DNA of 64,000 nt from assembly GCA_036676395.1 (NCBI GenBank), contig JAKFCY010000002.1, positions 768,001 through 832,000 on the forward strand. The letters run 5' to 3'. This document shows positions 29,562 through 38,711 of the stretch, piece by piece. This stretch comes from Bdellovibrio sp. GTDB taxonomy: Bacteria > Bdellovibrionota > Bdellovibrionia > Bdellovibrionales > Bdellovibrionaceae. The notes under the pieces were generated by a model, which was not told the DNA's origin, made no database searches, and worked only from the letters and a program-made list of their open reading frames with translations. The position numbers and the translations under genes were made by a program. Numbering within the stretch: position 1 is the first letter of the stretch; each line of letters opens with the position of its first letter.

Positions 29562-30413
29562 ATGAATTTATCACAATTAGCTAATTCTGAATTGTTACTG
29601 CGGCTTGAAAAATTGTCTCGTACTGAAAGAAAAATCACGCATGTGATTCTTTGGCATATCTTAGAAGTTGAAGCTAGAAAGCTTTATGCTGATCGCGGCT
29701 TTGCTAGTTGCTTTGAATATTTGACTAAGGGATTAGGTTATTCAGAGGGCAGTGCTTATCGAAGGCTGCAATCCGCACGATTACTTAAAAAGATGCCCGA
29801 AAAACTAAGCGCTAGTATTGCCGTGAAGATAGAAAATGGTTCACTTAATTTGTCGCAATTAACACAAGTTCAAAAATGTTTAAAAAATGAAGAGAAGTCG
29901 AAAGCACAAAAGTGCTCTACCGTGCCAGTTCGTACGGAACACATCCTTGAACTTATCGAAAATCAAAATACTTTCGAAACGCAAAAAATTTTAGCCAAGC
30001 AATTTAATCAACCTGTGCAAACAGCAGAAAAAATAATTTCACAGCGAAATGATTCGGTTAAAGTAGAGATTATTCTAACCAAAGAACAGATGAAAAATCT
30101 TGAGCAGGCTCAAAGTTTATTAAGCCATGTTTGCCCGGATGGGAGTATCGCAGCCTTGGTTGATTATTTAGTGACTCAACATATTTCAAAGTCGAAGAAA
30201 AGAAATAACATTAAAGCCTGCTGTGAATATATCGACCCTGTGACTGCTAGAAAATGTGATTCTGATTATCAACTGCAAAAAGATCATATTATTCCTAAAG
30301 CTAAGGGTGGAGGTAATGATACGCGCAATTTGCGTACATTGTGCCGTACCCATAATTTATCTGAAGCCCGTCGATGGGGATTGTTGAACAGGGCGGACCT
30401 GGTTGAAAAATAG
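29562..30413 (+). CDS. HNH endonuclease with long helical N-terminal domain
   Basis: C-terminal CCEY..C..DHIIPKAKGGGNDTRNLRTLCRTHN; N-terminal GYSEGSAYRR helix-turn-helix-like segment. Confidence 0.85.
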   Translation: MNLSQLANSELLLRLEKLSRTERKITHVILWHILEVEARKLYADRGFASCFEYLTKGLGYSEGSAYRRLQSARLLKKMPEKLSASIAVKIENGSLNLSQLTQVQKCLKNEEKSKAQKCSTVPVRTEHILELIENQNTFETQKILAKQFNQPVQTAEKIISQRNDSVKVEIILTKEQMKNLEQAQSLLSHVCPDGSIAALVDYLVTQHISKSKKRNNIKACCEYIDPVTARKCDSDYQLQKDHIIPKAKGGGNDTRNLRTLCRTHNLSEARRWGLLNRADLVEK

Positions 30414-30504
30414 CCAAATTGACGCAGGTCTTCATCGCATCGAAAGTAAATAGGACAAGAATCCGTTTTGAACTCGCCCGAATTAGTGTACTAATGTTTT
30501 TCTT

Positions 30505-31677
30505 ATGTCAGAGTCGCATTCTTATCAAATGAATCTTTTGTTAATAGTCATCGCAGTTCTTGCGCTGGCTATTTTTATTCCAGTCATACTTTCAATCTTA
30601 AAAAAGAAAAAGAAATATACCCCTCCGCCATTAGATAACGCGCAGGCGGATCTTGAGCCGTTACATAAATCAGAGCCAACTCCACAGACTGAACTTCCTG
30701 AACTTTTAGCGGATACTCAGCCAAAAGTTGAAGAAGATCTATCGTCAACAGCCACTATCGGCAAAGCGATGGAAAAAACTAAAGATAGTTTTTTCGGTCG
30801 CATTAAAAATGCCTTCACAAATACCGATAAGAAAAAAGTTTTAGAAGAAATCGAAGAAGTTCTATATACGAGCGATTTAGGCCCAAAAACTGTTCAAAAA
30901 CTTTTAGATAAAGTTTCATCAAGTGATATGTCAGATATTTCGAAAGTGAAAGAATCTTTGTCATTGCAGATGCAAGAAATCCTTTTAGATATTCATGCTT
31001 CACAAAAAGATTCAAAATTGGTTTCTGATTTAATTCCCAAGCGCAGTGATGGCCCAATGGTGTTAATGGTTGTTGGCGTAAATGGCGCAGGTAAAACTAC
31101 GTCAATCGGTAAAATTACAGCGCAATTAGCTCATCAGGGATTTAAAATTCTGGTGGCAGCAGGTGATACTTTCCGCGCGGCAGCCGGCGGACAATTAAAA
31201 GTTTGGACAGAGCGCGCGCAAAATGCCAATGGCCATGTTGAAATTTTCTGGCCAGATAATGTGACAGATCCGGCGGCAGTGGCGTTCGATGCAGTAAGCA
31301 AGGGTAAAGCTGGTCAGTATGATTTTGTGATCTTAGATACAGCAGGACGTTTACATACTCAGGGTCATTTAATGGACGAGCTTAAAAAAGTTAAACGTGT
31401 AATGGCGAAAGTTATTCCGGATGCGCCTCATGAAACATGGATCGTGCTCGATGCAAATTCGGGACAAAATGCCCTTAATCAAGCGGTTGAATTTAATAAA
31501 GCCCTTGAAGTGACTGGCGTAATTTTAACTAAAATGGATGGCACAGCCAAAGGTGGCGTAGCCCTGGGAGTTGTTGATCAACTAGCAAAACCAATTCGTT
31601 TAGTCGGTCTAGGTGAGAAAATCGGTGATCTAAAAGTCTTTGAACCAAAAGAGTACATTGATTCCATCTTAGGATAA
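30505..31677 (+). CDS. ftsY: SRP receptor FtsY with N-terminal transmembrane helix
   Basis: GVNGAGKTT, DTFRAAA, DTAGR, TKMDGTAKGG. Confidence 0.96.
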   Translation: MSESHSYQMNLLLIVIAVLALAIFIPVILSILKKKKKYTPPPLDNAQADLEPLHKSEPTPQTELPELLADTQPKVEEDLSSTATIGKAMEKTKDSFFGRIKNAFTNTDKKKVLEEIEEVLYTSDLGPKTVQKLLDKVSSSDMSDISKVKESLSLQMQEILLDIHASQKDSKLVSDLIPKRSDGPMVLMVVGVNGAGKTTSIGKITAQLAHQGFKILVAAGDTFRAAAGGQLKVWTERAQNANGHVEIFWPDNVTDPAAVAFDAVSKGKAGQYDFVILDTAGRLHTQGHLMDELKKVKRVMAKVIPDAPHETWIVLDANSGQNALNQAVEFNKALEVTGVILTKMDGTAKGGVALGVVDQLAKPIRLVGLGEKIGDLKVFEPKEYIDSILG

Positions 31678-31696
31678 GGGTTTAATAGAACCTTAG

Positions 31697-32260
31697 ATGT
31701 TCAAACTTTTTTGCTCCGTTTTTTTATTCAGCTTTTGTACGTTCGCGCAAAACGTGTCGCCAAAATTAAACGTGATTCAAACCCAAATCAGCAAATGCGG
31801 TTTGAGTTTTCCGAATATGAACAAAATCACAAATTACAACCAGCTGTACGCAGCCATGGATAAAAAATATCTTTTATACGCTGAAAAAACTATGGAGCGT
31901 GAAGTTTTATACAAGTCTCGCGGTGTAGAGTATAAATTAAAAGTGATCAACGATGTCATGTCTCTATTTCGTTTCGGCGAAGAAGGTCGCGTGATTGCGA
32001 CCAATATTGATATCCCGAAACCAGTTGATGCGAAGCAGAAAATCACTACAGTTAAGGGTAAGGTCAAACAGCTTACCTTAAATGCAAAGATTCAAGAAGA
32101 CTGGGGCCAGTATTCTGAGCAACGTGAGAACGGTGTTCAAATCGAATACAGTATCCGTAACTCTAAAATCAGTCAGATGAAAATTGATCTGACGAAAACT
32201 AAGCAAGTTCTAGATTGCAAAGTGAAGAACGAATCTGAAGTTTGTTATTGTCTAAAATAG
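31697..32260 (+). CDS. Secreted hypothetical protein
   Basis: Signal peptide ending in TFA; Cys residues. Confidence 0.75.
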   Translation: MFKLFCSVFLFSFCTFAQNVSPKLNVIQTQISKCGLSFPNMNKITNYNQLYAAMDKKYLLYAEKTMEREVLYKSRGVEYKLKVINDVMSLFRFGEEGRVIATNIDIPKPVDAKQKITTVKGKVKQLTLNAKIQEDWGQYSEQRENGVQIEYSIRNSKISQMKIDLTKTKQVLDCKVKNESEVCYCLK

Positions 32261-32389
32261 TGCCTTAAAAAACACCTTGCATGCGTTGTTTGAATCCTTA
32301 TACTTATTTATGTAAGTCATTGTTAACTTTGGAATTTTTCAGATTTTTAAAGAGATTTTCAAGCAACGGATGATATTAGGAAATACAGC

Positions 32390-32740
32390 ATGAAGCACGA
32401 CGCAAAAAAGGACACAGTTAAGGAAACAGTTAAAGTTTCTAGTAAGCCCACTTTCGATTTTAGAATCGCAGGTGTTTCTTATAAAATTAAAACTTCTCAC
32501 GACGAACAAACTCTGCAAACTCTTGTTGAGTACGTTAACGGTAAAGTTACTGAAGCCATGAAAGCGACAAAAAATTCTTCTTTTCAAAATGCAGCTGTTT
32601 TAGCATCCCTAAATATCGCCGAAGAAATGATTCTTCTAAAACGCAGAGCCCAAGCCGAACTAGAAAAACTAGAACAAAAAGCTCTAAAGCTTGCTCAAGA
32701 AATCGAAAATACCAAAGCGAACAAGTCCTTGCACTTGTAA
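32390..32740 (+). CDS. zapA: Cell division protein ZapA
   Basis: IAGVSYKI, AAVLASLNIAEE, C-terminal coiled coil; upstream of ygfA. Confidence 0.88.
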   Translation: MKHDAKKDTVKETVKVSSKPTFDFRIAGVSYKIKTSHDEQTLQTLVEYVNGKVTEAMKATKNSSFQNAAVLASLNIAEEMILLKRRAQAELEKLEQKALKLAQEIENTKANKSLHL

Positions 32741-32763
32741 CTTAACGCTTTGAGGTTTTATAA

Positions 32764-33345
32764 ATGTCGCATCCGACTAAATCTTTAAAAAAAGATTTAC
32801 GAACTGCTGTTATAGCAGAGACGCTTTCACACAGTGAAGGTGAGCGTGCGCAACTATCAAAGCAAATCCAAAATAATTTATCTCAGTTCATGCAAAGTCA
32901 ATCTGGATACTGGGGAGCTTTCAAACCTTTACATTCAGAGCCGCAAATTAACTTCGATCAAATTGGTGTTAAATGCTGTTACCCAAAAGTCGTGGGTGAT
33001 GATTTAGAGTTTTACGCTGATGTCGATCAATGGGCTGATTCTAGTTTAAAAGTACAAGAACCAGTTTCCGGAACCAAAGTAAACCTTTCTGACCTATCGG
33101 GAATTTTTGTCCCAGCTTTGGCCTTTCATGCCGATGGCCACCGCCTAGGTCGCGGCAAAGGTTATTACGATCGCACACTAGCTGATTTTATCGGCCTTAA
33201 AGTGGGCATGTGTTTTCAATTTAATATTTTAAATTCTGTACCGACTGAAAGTCATGATGTGGGTATGGATTATATAATAACTGATGAAAAAGTTATTCAA
33301 CCTAATAAGCAAAATAATAGTGGAGATCAAAGATCATGGAATTAA
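32764..33345 (+). CDS. ygfA: 5-formyltetrahydrofolate cyclo-ligase
   Basis: VPALAF..GHRLGRGKGYYDR, ESHDVGMD. Confidence 0.93.
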   Translation: MSHPTKSLKKDLRTAVIAETLSHSEGERAQLSKQIQNNLSQFMQSQSGYWGAFKPLHSEPQINFDQIGVKCCYPKVVGDDLEFYADVDQWADSSLKVQEPVSGTKVNLSDLSGIFVPALAFHADGHRLGRGKGYYDRTLADFIGLKVGMCFQFNILNSVPTESHDVGMDYIITDEKVIQPNKQNNSGDQRSWN

Positions 33346-34898
33346 TAGTAGCCGCCGTTGTCGGATTAGTGATTGGCGCATTCGTAGTGTTTGCGGCAAT
33401 TCGCATGCACGAACAAAGCACCAAAAAAACCGCACAAGGCGAAGCTGATAAAATCATTAACAAAGCAAAATCAGAAGCTTCTAAAATCAAAAAAGATTCT
33501 GAAACAAAATCTAAAGATTTTGAAACTAAAGCTCGCAAAACTGTTGAGACAGAAATCAACAAACAAAAAGCGCAGTTGAAAAACAAAGAAACGCAATTTG
33601 AGCGTCGTCTTAAAGAAATCGAAGACCAGCACAAACACAGAAACGACGAGAACGAAAAATTCGCTCAAAGTTTAAAAGACCGCCAAGAAAAAATTCATAT
33701 CGCTGAAGCTCGTTTACGTGAGTCTGAAAAAACAACCCAAGATCAAATTCAGTTCGTGCAAAAGAAATTAGAAAACGTTGCCGGCATGTCACAAGAACAA
33801 GCTAAACGTGAATTGTTTCAAGTGTTAGAAGAAACAGCTAAAAAAGAAGCGGCTGCAAAAATTGCTGAAATCGAAGAACAAGCTATGAAAGATTCTGATC
33901 GCAAGACCAGAAACATTATTGCGCGCGCATTGGCTCGTTTTGCTTCAGAGTACACTTCTGAGCGTACTGTGACGGTAATGCAATTAACTTCAGACGAGAT
34001 GAAGGGTAAAATCATCGGTCGTGAAGGTCGTAACATCAGAACTCTAGAAGCTATGTGTGGTGTGGATTTAATCGTTGATGATACTCCAGAAACAATTGTG
34101 ATCTCTGGATTTGATCCGGTTCGCCGTGAATTAGCCCGCAGAACAATTGATAAACTAATGGAAGACGGCCGCGTTCATCCGGCACGTATTGAAGAAGTTG
34201 TTGAAAAACAAAAATCTGAATTACAAAAATCGATGAAAGAAGAAGGCGATAAAGTAATTAATGAGTTAGGCCTTGCAGGTATGCACGGCGAACTTGTGAA
34301 ATACGTTGGCGCTTTAAAATACAGAAACTTACATGCACAAAATGCTTTGAACCATTCATTAGAAGTCGCTCATATCTCTGGGTTATTAGCTGCAGAACTT
34401 GGTTACAATGTGAAGCTGGCAAAACGCGCCGGTGTATTACACGGTATCGGTTTAGCGGCAGATCACTCTATGGAAGGCAGCTATTCTCAAGTAGGTGCTG
34501 AGATCGCAAAAAAATTAGGTGAAAATGAAGAAGTATGTCACGCCATTGGCGCGCACAATGATGATAAACATCAATCAGTGTTAGCTTGGATTGTACATGC
34601 GGCAAATATCTTATCAAATGCTCGCCCAGGTGCTCGTCGTCCACAAATGGATAGCTTTATTAACCGCTTAAAAGAATTAGAAAGTATTTCAAATTCTTTT
34701 GATGGCGTTATTAAATCTGTGGCTTTACAAGCTGGCCGTGAAGTGCGCGTGTTAGTTGAAAGTTCACGTGTAACGGATGATCAATCAGTGATGTTAGCTC
34801 GTGATATTATTAAAAAAATCGAACGCGAAATGCCTCATGCCGGTGGCGTAAAAGTAACTGTAGTTCGTGAATCACGTGCGGTTGAGATTGCGAGATAA
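33336..34898 (+). CDS. rny: Ribonuclease Y homolog with a degenerate HD domain
   Basis: N-terminal TM, coiled coil, KH domain MKGKIIGREGRNIR, HPARIEE, QAGREVRV; HD reads HG. Confidence 0.93.
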   Translation: MELIVAAVVGLVIGAFVVFAAIRMHEQSTKKTAQGEADKIINKAKSEASKIKKDSETKSKDFETKARKTVETEINKQKAQLKNKETQFERRLKEIEDQHKHRNDENEKFAQSLKDRQEKIHIAEARLRESEKTTQDQIQFVQKKLENVAGMSQEQAKRELFQVLEETAKKEAAAKIAEIEEQAMKDSDRKTRNIIARALARFASEYTSERTVTVMQLTSDEMKGKIIGREGRNIRTLEAMCGVDLIVDDTPETIVISGFDPVRRELARRTIDKLMEDGRVHPARIEEVVEKQKSELQKSMKEEGDKVINELGLAGMHGELVKYVGALKYRNLHAQNALNHSLEVAHISGLLAAELGYNVKLAKRAGVLHGIGLAADHSMEGSYSQVGAEIAKKLGENEEVCHAIGAHNDDKHQSVLAWIVHAANILSNARPGARRPQMDSFINRLKELESISNSFDGVIKSVALQAGREVRVLVESSRVTDDQSVMLARDIIKKIEREMPHAGGVKVTVVRESRAVEIAR

Positions 34899-34901
34899 TT
34901 A

Positions 34902-36122
34902 ATGTCTTTCTTGCCTGCACAGGAACAGTTAGAAATTATCAAACACGGCACCGTGGATTTTATTTCTGATGCTGATTTCTTAAAAAAACTAAGAAAAAGC
35001 GTTGAGACCAAAAAGCCATTGCGTATTAAATTAGGCGCTGATCCAAATCGCGCGGATATTCATTTGGGTCACACGGTGGTAATTAACAAACTTAAAATCT
35101 TACAAGATCTAGGTCACCACGTTCAGTTTTTAATCGGTGATTTTACGGCGTTGATCGGCGATCCGACGGGCAAAAACACAACTCGCCCGATTTTATCCCG
35201 TGAAGAGATCGAAGAAAATGCAAAATCATACGCGACTCAGATTTTTAAAATCTTAGATCCTGATAAAACAGAAATCGTTTATAACTCAAGTTGGTTGTTA
35301 AAATTAACTTCGATTGATTTTATTAAGCTAGCAGCCCAGTGTACTGTGGCTCGCATGCTTGAAAGAGACGATTTTACAAAGCGTTATAAATCAGGAACTG
35401 CAATTTCATTGCATGAGTTTATGTATCCACTTTGCCAAGGTTATGATTCGGTCGCCATGCGCACAGATTTAGAACTTGGTGGAACAGATCAAAAATTTAA
35501 TTTATTAATGGGCAGAGACCTGCAAGGGTCGTACGGTCAAGAGCCGCAATGTATTTTAACAATGCCTATTCTTGAAGGCTTAGACGGTGTTAATAAAATG
35601 TCTAAGTCTTTAGATAACTACATTGGTGTGAATGAATCACCGAAAGACATGTTTGGTAAAACCATGCGCGTGTCTGATCAGTTAATGTTTAGATATTACG
35701 AGTTATTAACTGACCTTCGCCCAAGTGAAGTTGCGCAGTTAAAAGCGGATGTTGAATCTAAGAAAAAACACCCTCGTGAAGTGAAAGTGAATCTAGCTAA
35801 ATTTTTAGTGGCACGTTTTCATTCACAAGCGGCAGCCCAGAATGCTGAAGATGAGTTCAACCGTATTTTTGTCGACAAAGGTCTTCCGGATCAAATCGAT
35901 GATTTTAAAATCACGGCGCAAAATATTGGCTTGGCCCAGTTAATGACTTTATCAGCATTGACGGTTTCAAACGGTGAAGCTGCGCGCTTAATTACTGGCG
36001 GTGGTGTTAGTATTGATCAAGAAAAAGTTTCTGATAGTAAACTTAAGCTTGATCTGAAATCGGGAAGCGCATTTGTGCTTCGTGCCGGTAAGAAAAAATT
36101 TATTAAGATTGTGGTGGAATAA
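34902..36122 (+). CDS. tyrS: Tyrosine--tRNA ligase
   Basis: [18 protein letters not shown]-terminal S4-like domain. Confidence 0.97.
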   Translation: MSFLPAQEQLEIIKHGTVDFISDADFLKKLRKSVETKKPLRIKLGADPNRADIHLGHTVVINKLKILQDLGHHVQFLIGDFTALIGDPTGKNTTRPILSREEIEENAKSYATQIFKILDPDKTEIVYNSSWLLKLTSIDFIKLAAQCTVARMLERDDFTKRYKSGTAISLHEFMYPLCQGYDSVAMRTDLELGGTDQKFNLLMGRDLQGSYGQEPQCILTMPILEGLDGVNKMSKSLDNYIGVNESPKDMFGKTMRVSDQLMFRYYELLTDLRPSEVAQLKADVESKKKHPREVKVNLAKFLVARFHSQAAAQNAEDEFNRIFVDKGLPDQIDDFKITAQNIGLAQLMTLSALTVSNGEAARLITGGGVSIDQEKVSDSKLKLDLKSGSAFVLRAGKKKFIKIVVE

Positions 36123-36123
36123 C

Positions 36124-36519
36124 ATGCGTATCAAGTTTTTACCTTCGGGTGTAGAGATTCCAGTTGATCCAACGAAAAGTTTGTTAAAACTTGCGACTGA
36201 AAACGGCGTAAAAATTAAATCTGTTTGTGGCGGCGTAGCTTCTTGCTCAGAGTGTCGTATCAAAATTATTGAAGGTGCGCACTGTGTACCAGAACCTTCA
36301 AAAGCAGAATTAAATCTGATCGGCACATCCTATTACTTAGACGGGCGCAGACTGGCCTGTCAGGTTAAGTGTTTTGGTTCGATCACTGTTGATTTAACTG
36401 AGCAGTTAAATAAAGCCGACACGCAAAAGAAAATCAAAGGCATGAGAGTTAAAGATCAAAAAGAAATTCATGCAAAACAAGACACGATGATTTTGACCGA
36501 GACAAAGGATAAAAAATAG
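36124..36519 (+). CDS. 2Fe-2S ferredoxin
   Basis: CGGVASCSEC...RLACQ; start at ATG 36124 just after the tyrS stop. Confidence 0.9.
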   Translation: MRIKFLPSGVEIPVDPTKSLLKLATENGVKIKSVCGGVASCSECRIKIIEGAHCVPEPSKAELNLIGTSYYLDGRRLACQVKCFGSITVDLTEQLNKADTQKKIKGMRVKDQKEIHAKQDTMILTETKDKK

Positions 36520-36531
36520 CTAATGTCTAAC

Positions 36532-36723
36532 CTACCCATACGCTTTGTCGATGGTGAAACTTTTGATTTTGCCATCGATCACTTCATAAGTTAATTGAAT
36601 GGGGTTGCAACAGACTTCACAGTCTTCAACATAGGTCTGAGCCCCGGCTTCAGAGACATCTAAAAGCATCGATATTTTCTCTAAACAGTAGGGACATTTA
36701 AAAAACTTTTCGATCTCTTCCAT
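36532..36723 (-). CDS. CPXCG-motif small cysteine-rich protein
   Basis: CPYCLE...YVEDCEVCCNPI. Confidence 0.85.
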   Translation of the reverse strand: MEEIEKFFKCPYCLEKISMLLDVSEAGAQTYVEDCEVCCNPIQLTYEVIDGKIKSFTIDKAYG

Positions 36724-36837
36724 ACGGTATTATAGCGACATTTAACGCCGCATTATCAACCCCTAAACAATTTTTTGGCTTATAAAGCATTTTATGCGGT
36801 TTAGGATGGTCGACGGATTGCTCTAATGTATGATCCT

Positions 36838-38184
36838 ATGAGCAAATTATCACTATTATCAATTATTTCATTGTTTATGCTTACGTTCACTTTGGCGAAC
36901 CAATCGCAGGCACAAGGCATGTGCCATGAGATGTTTCAAGAAGACAGCATTAACTTCAATTTCGATAAAATGTCAGAAATTGAACGTAGTGAAGCTACGG
37001 CCGAATTTAAAAAATTTGATGCAAAAATTCGTGGCTTAGAAAAACGTATCCGCATGTACAGCGAACTAACTGGTTCAGAGACAAATCGTACCTTAGTCGA
37101 AGCTGAAAGTTATGCAGTAAAAATTAAAGACCAGGTTCGTTTAGGCTTAACAACAAAAGTCGTTGAAAAAATCGGGCCTTTATTTAAACGCTACGAAGTA
37201 GATATTCGTGCCGCCGAAAAATTAAAAATCGAAATTTCTTTATTAAGTGAATACCTGATGCGTGAAGCTTCAATCGAGAAAAAACCCGAGATCGAAAAAA
37301 TGATCAAAGGCAAACAGGCTGAAAAAAATGTTTTAGATAAACATATCGGGCAAAACTATTACCGTTATATTACTCTTAAAGAAGCCTTAAACCAAATGTC
37401 TATCTCAAAAGTACAGGTGGTTTCTGAGCGCGCAAATACGGTAGTCACTGAACTTGAAGCTTTAGCCACTAATCATGCGGCAACTTATGGTTTAGAGTTT
37501 AAAAGATTTACGACCACTGATGTAAAGCGTTACGTACAGTCAAATATCAAAACACAGCATGCTCTATTAAAAAAAGCTGCAGTGGATGAGTTTTTCTTAA
37601 TGTTACGTTTAATGACGTTCAGTGGCCCGATTGTGAACGGGTTAAAATCAGTACTTTATAAAATTCCAGAAAAAATAGTTATGGGGCCCTTTATGGTTCC
37701 GGCGCGTAAAGTGATTACTGAGGCCTTTAATGTGGGCTACAATAAACATTTACGCAGCACTTATTTAGAAGACATCGAAATGATCATCGAAGCTAAATCT
37801 CCTGCTGAACAGTTCGAATTATTACGCTCATTAAATGTGAAGTCTGAAAAACCAGATGAATTAATCGAGCTATTTTCTCGTGTGGTTGAGAACACTGAAG
37901 AATGGGAAGCGATCAAGTCAGTATCAGCTTCAAAAGCCTCTGAAAATGAGCGTTATAGATTATTCAATGAACGACTTTTAGAAGCAGATAAAAGAGCTTT
38001 AGCCAAAGATGCATTTCCGCTTTATTACCAAGAATCAGGTGCGAATGCTTTTGGTAAAATTATTTTAGGTTCTTATGTAGGCGCATATATGGGTAATAAA
38101 TATTTACAAGCTCATCCTGAAGTGACGCAGTCATTTTTTGAGGGCCTAAATACTTTTACGACATCGATTCAAAGTTTATTCTAA
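36838..38184 (+). CDS. Secreted helical hypothetical protein
   Basis: Signal peptide ending in AQA followed by GMCHEMF; C-terminal hydrophobic helix; start could be 36826. Confidence 0.78.
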   Translation: MSKLSLLSIISLFMLTFTLANQSQAQGMCHEMFQEDSINFNFDKMSEIERSEATAEFKKFDAKIRGLEKRIRMYSELTGSETNRTLVEAESYAVKIKDQVRLGLTTKVVEKIGPLFKRYEVDIRAAEKLKIEISLLSEYLMREASIEKKPEIEKMIKGKQAEKNVLDKHIGQNYYRYITLKEALNQMSISKVQVVSERANTVVTELEALATNHAATYGLEFKRFTTTDVKRYVQSNIKTQHALLKKAAVDEFFLMLRLMTFSGPIVNGLKSVLYKIPEKIVMGPFMVPARKVITEAFNVGYNKHLRSTYLEDIEMIIEAKSPAEQFELLRSLNVKSEKPDELIELFSRVVENTEEWEAIKSVSASKASENERYRLFNERLLEADKRALAKDAFPLYYQESGANAFGKIILGSYVGAYMGNKYLQAHPEVTQSFFEGLNTFTTSIQSLF

Positions 38185-38206
38185 ATTTCAATAATAAATT
38201 AAAATG

Positions 38207-38236
38207 AAAAGGGAGCTTGTTAAGCTCCCTTTTTTT
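38207..38236. terminator. Bidirectional intrinsic terminator
   Basis: AAAAGGGAGCTT-GTT-AAGCTCCCTTTT between convergent genes. Confidence 0.85.
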
Positions 38237-38537
38237 ATTCTTCGCCGGCTTCAGTTTCGCCAGTTTGTTCTGGCGGCACACCGCTGTGACCGCAACCTTT
38301 ACCACCGTGTTCGGGAGGGGTAAAGCCTTTACCTTGTAAGCAAGTTTTCATGGCTTCACGCTGTTCTTTGGTAGGACGTTCTCCTGATTTGCGTTCAGGC
38401 ATACCTGCTTCTTCATGGCATGCAGCAAAAGCTGCTTTCATTTCGCCTGACATCTGCGGACGTTCACCGCCTTGGGCGCGCGCATAAGCCATAGATAAAG
38501 AAGAGATCACTAAAATTTGAGTGATGAATGTTTTCAT
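38235..38537 (-). CDS. Small secreted helical Cys/Gly/Pro protein
   Basis: AAGGAG RBS; signal peptide; helices MKAAFAAC and REAMKTC. Confidence 0.8.
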   Translation of the reverse strand: MKTFITQILVISSLSMAYARAQGGERPQMSGEMKAAFAACHEEAGMPERKSGERPTKEQREAMKTCLQGKGFTPPEHGGKGCGHSGVPPEQTGETEAGEE

Positions 38538-38578
38538 CGGTTAGCTCCTTTGTTTGTAGGTCTAGAATAGAAGCCGAA

Positions 38579-38667
38579 TATTGAATAAATATGGAAGAAA
38601 CAAATAAACTTTAGTCTTGTTTTGATACGAATTATAATAATCGGCCAGAATTCACAATTCTTCCACA
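38579..38667. promoter_or_regulatory. Putative OmpR-family binding sites in a divergent promoter
   Basis: TTCTTCCAYA occurs once per strand (38590-38599 minus, 38658-38667 plus), each part of an 11-bp-period direct repeat. Confidence 0.45.
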
Positions 38668-38711
38668 CTGTTTAACTAATCTAAGAGTGAACAAAAACGA
38701 TGGGAAGATTT

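Noticed and set aside
29288..29638. 116-aa minus-strand ORF upstream of the HNH gene
   Set aside because: Overlaps the HNH start, atypical composition, no RBS or motif
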